Below, one piece after another: positions 36,600 to 36,857 of a stretch of DNA of 36,857 nt. The notes beneath the pieces are model-generated. The model had not been told where the DNA came from. It was given only the letters and a program-made list of their open reading frames with translations, and ran no database searches. Origin of the DNA: a virus. Lineage: Duplodnaviria > Heunggongvirae > Uroviricota > Caudoviricetes. The stretch spans positions 1 to 36,857 of IMG/VR virus record IMGVR_UViG_2690316068_000008. One strand, written 5' to 3'. Position numbers and translations under genes: made by a program. The first letter of the stretch is position 1, and the number at the start of each line of letters is the position of its first letter.

Positions 36600-36857
36600 T
36601 CAGGCGTCCAGATTCTCTTTCGCCCATGCAGCAAAATCGGTATAGCCGCCGATATGTTGCTGATCGACAAAAATCTGCGGCACGGTTTCTACGGGTTTAC
36701 CTGCCTTTTGTTGTAGATCTTCTTTAGTGATCCCTTCCGCACGAATATCTACATACTGATACTGGAAATCATCGCGTTCATTGCTCAATTTCTCAGCCAG
36801 ATCTTTTGCACGCACACAGTAAGGGCAACCCGGACGACCAAAAATAACGGTTTGCAT
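36600..36857 (-). CDS. grxA: Glutaredoxin 1
   Basis: 85 aa, MQTVIFGRPGCPYCVRAKDLAEKL with CPYC active site. ATG is the last codon position of the window. Confidence 0.9.
   Translation of the reverse strand: MQTVIFGRPGCPYCVRAKDLAEKLSNERDDFQYQYVDIRAEGITKEDLQQKAGKPVETVPQIFVDQQHIGGYTDFAAWAKENLDA

Noticed and set aside
1-36857. CRISPR arrays, rRNA or tRNA genes
   Set aside because: No array of short, regularly spaced direct repeats and no tRNA-like cloverleaf or rRNA-like region was seen. The only tandem repeats are protein-coding (genes H and T and the CI paralog).

Overview
The window is a nearly complete P2/186-like myovirus prophage (about 1..34237) followed by E. coli-type host genes ybjL, ybjM and grxA (34238..36857). 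Gene order is that of an integrated P2-family phage: int, lysogeny/immunity region with a 186-type CI, CII and Apl/Cox, early operon with Dam and replication gene A, an SOS-controlled DinI-like module, convergent Q-P packaging genes, then O-N-M-L-X, a lysis cassette, R-S, V-W-J-I-H-G, FI-FII-E/E'-T-U-D and ogr. Three AT-rich cargo islands interrupt this backbone. The most interesting is a translationally coupled two-gene operon at the A-Q hotspot (10633..12284): a short HipA-like kinase plus a partner that looks like a HipA N-terminal subdomain fused to a HIRAN-like domain. This is a candidate, apparently undescribed toxin/sensor or abortive-infection system. The second island is a KAP-family P-loop NTPase plus a CI paralog with a duplicated DNA-binding domain, inserted between cI and int. 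The third is a 401-aa unknown protein between S and V. All calls rest on reading the sequence and recalled family motifs; no database search or computation was run.
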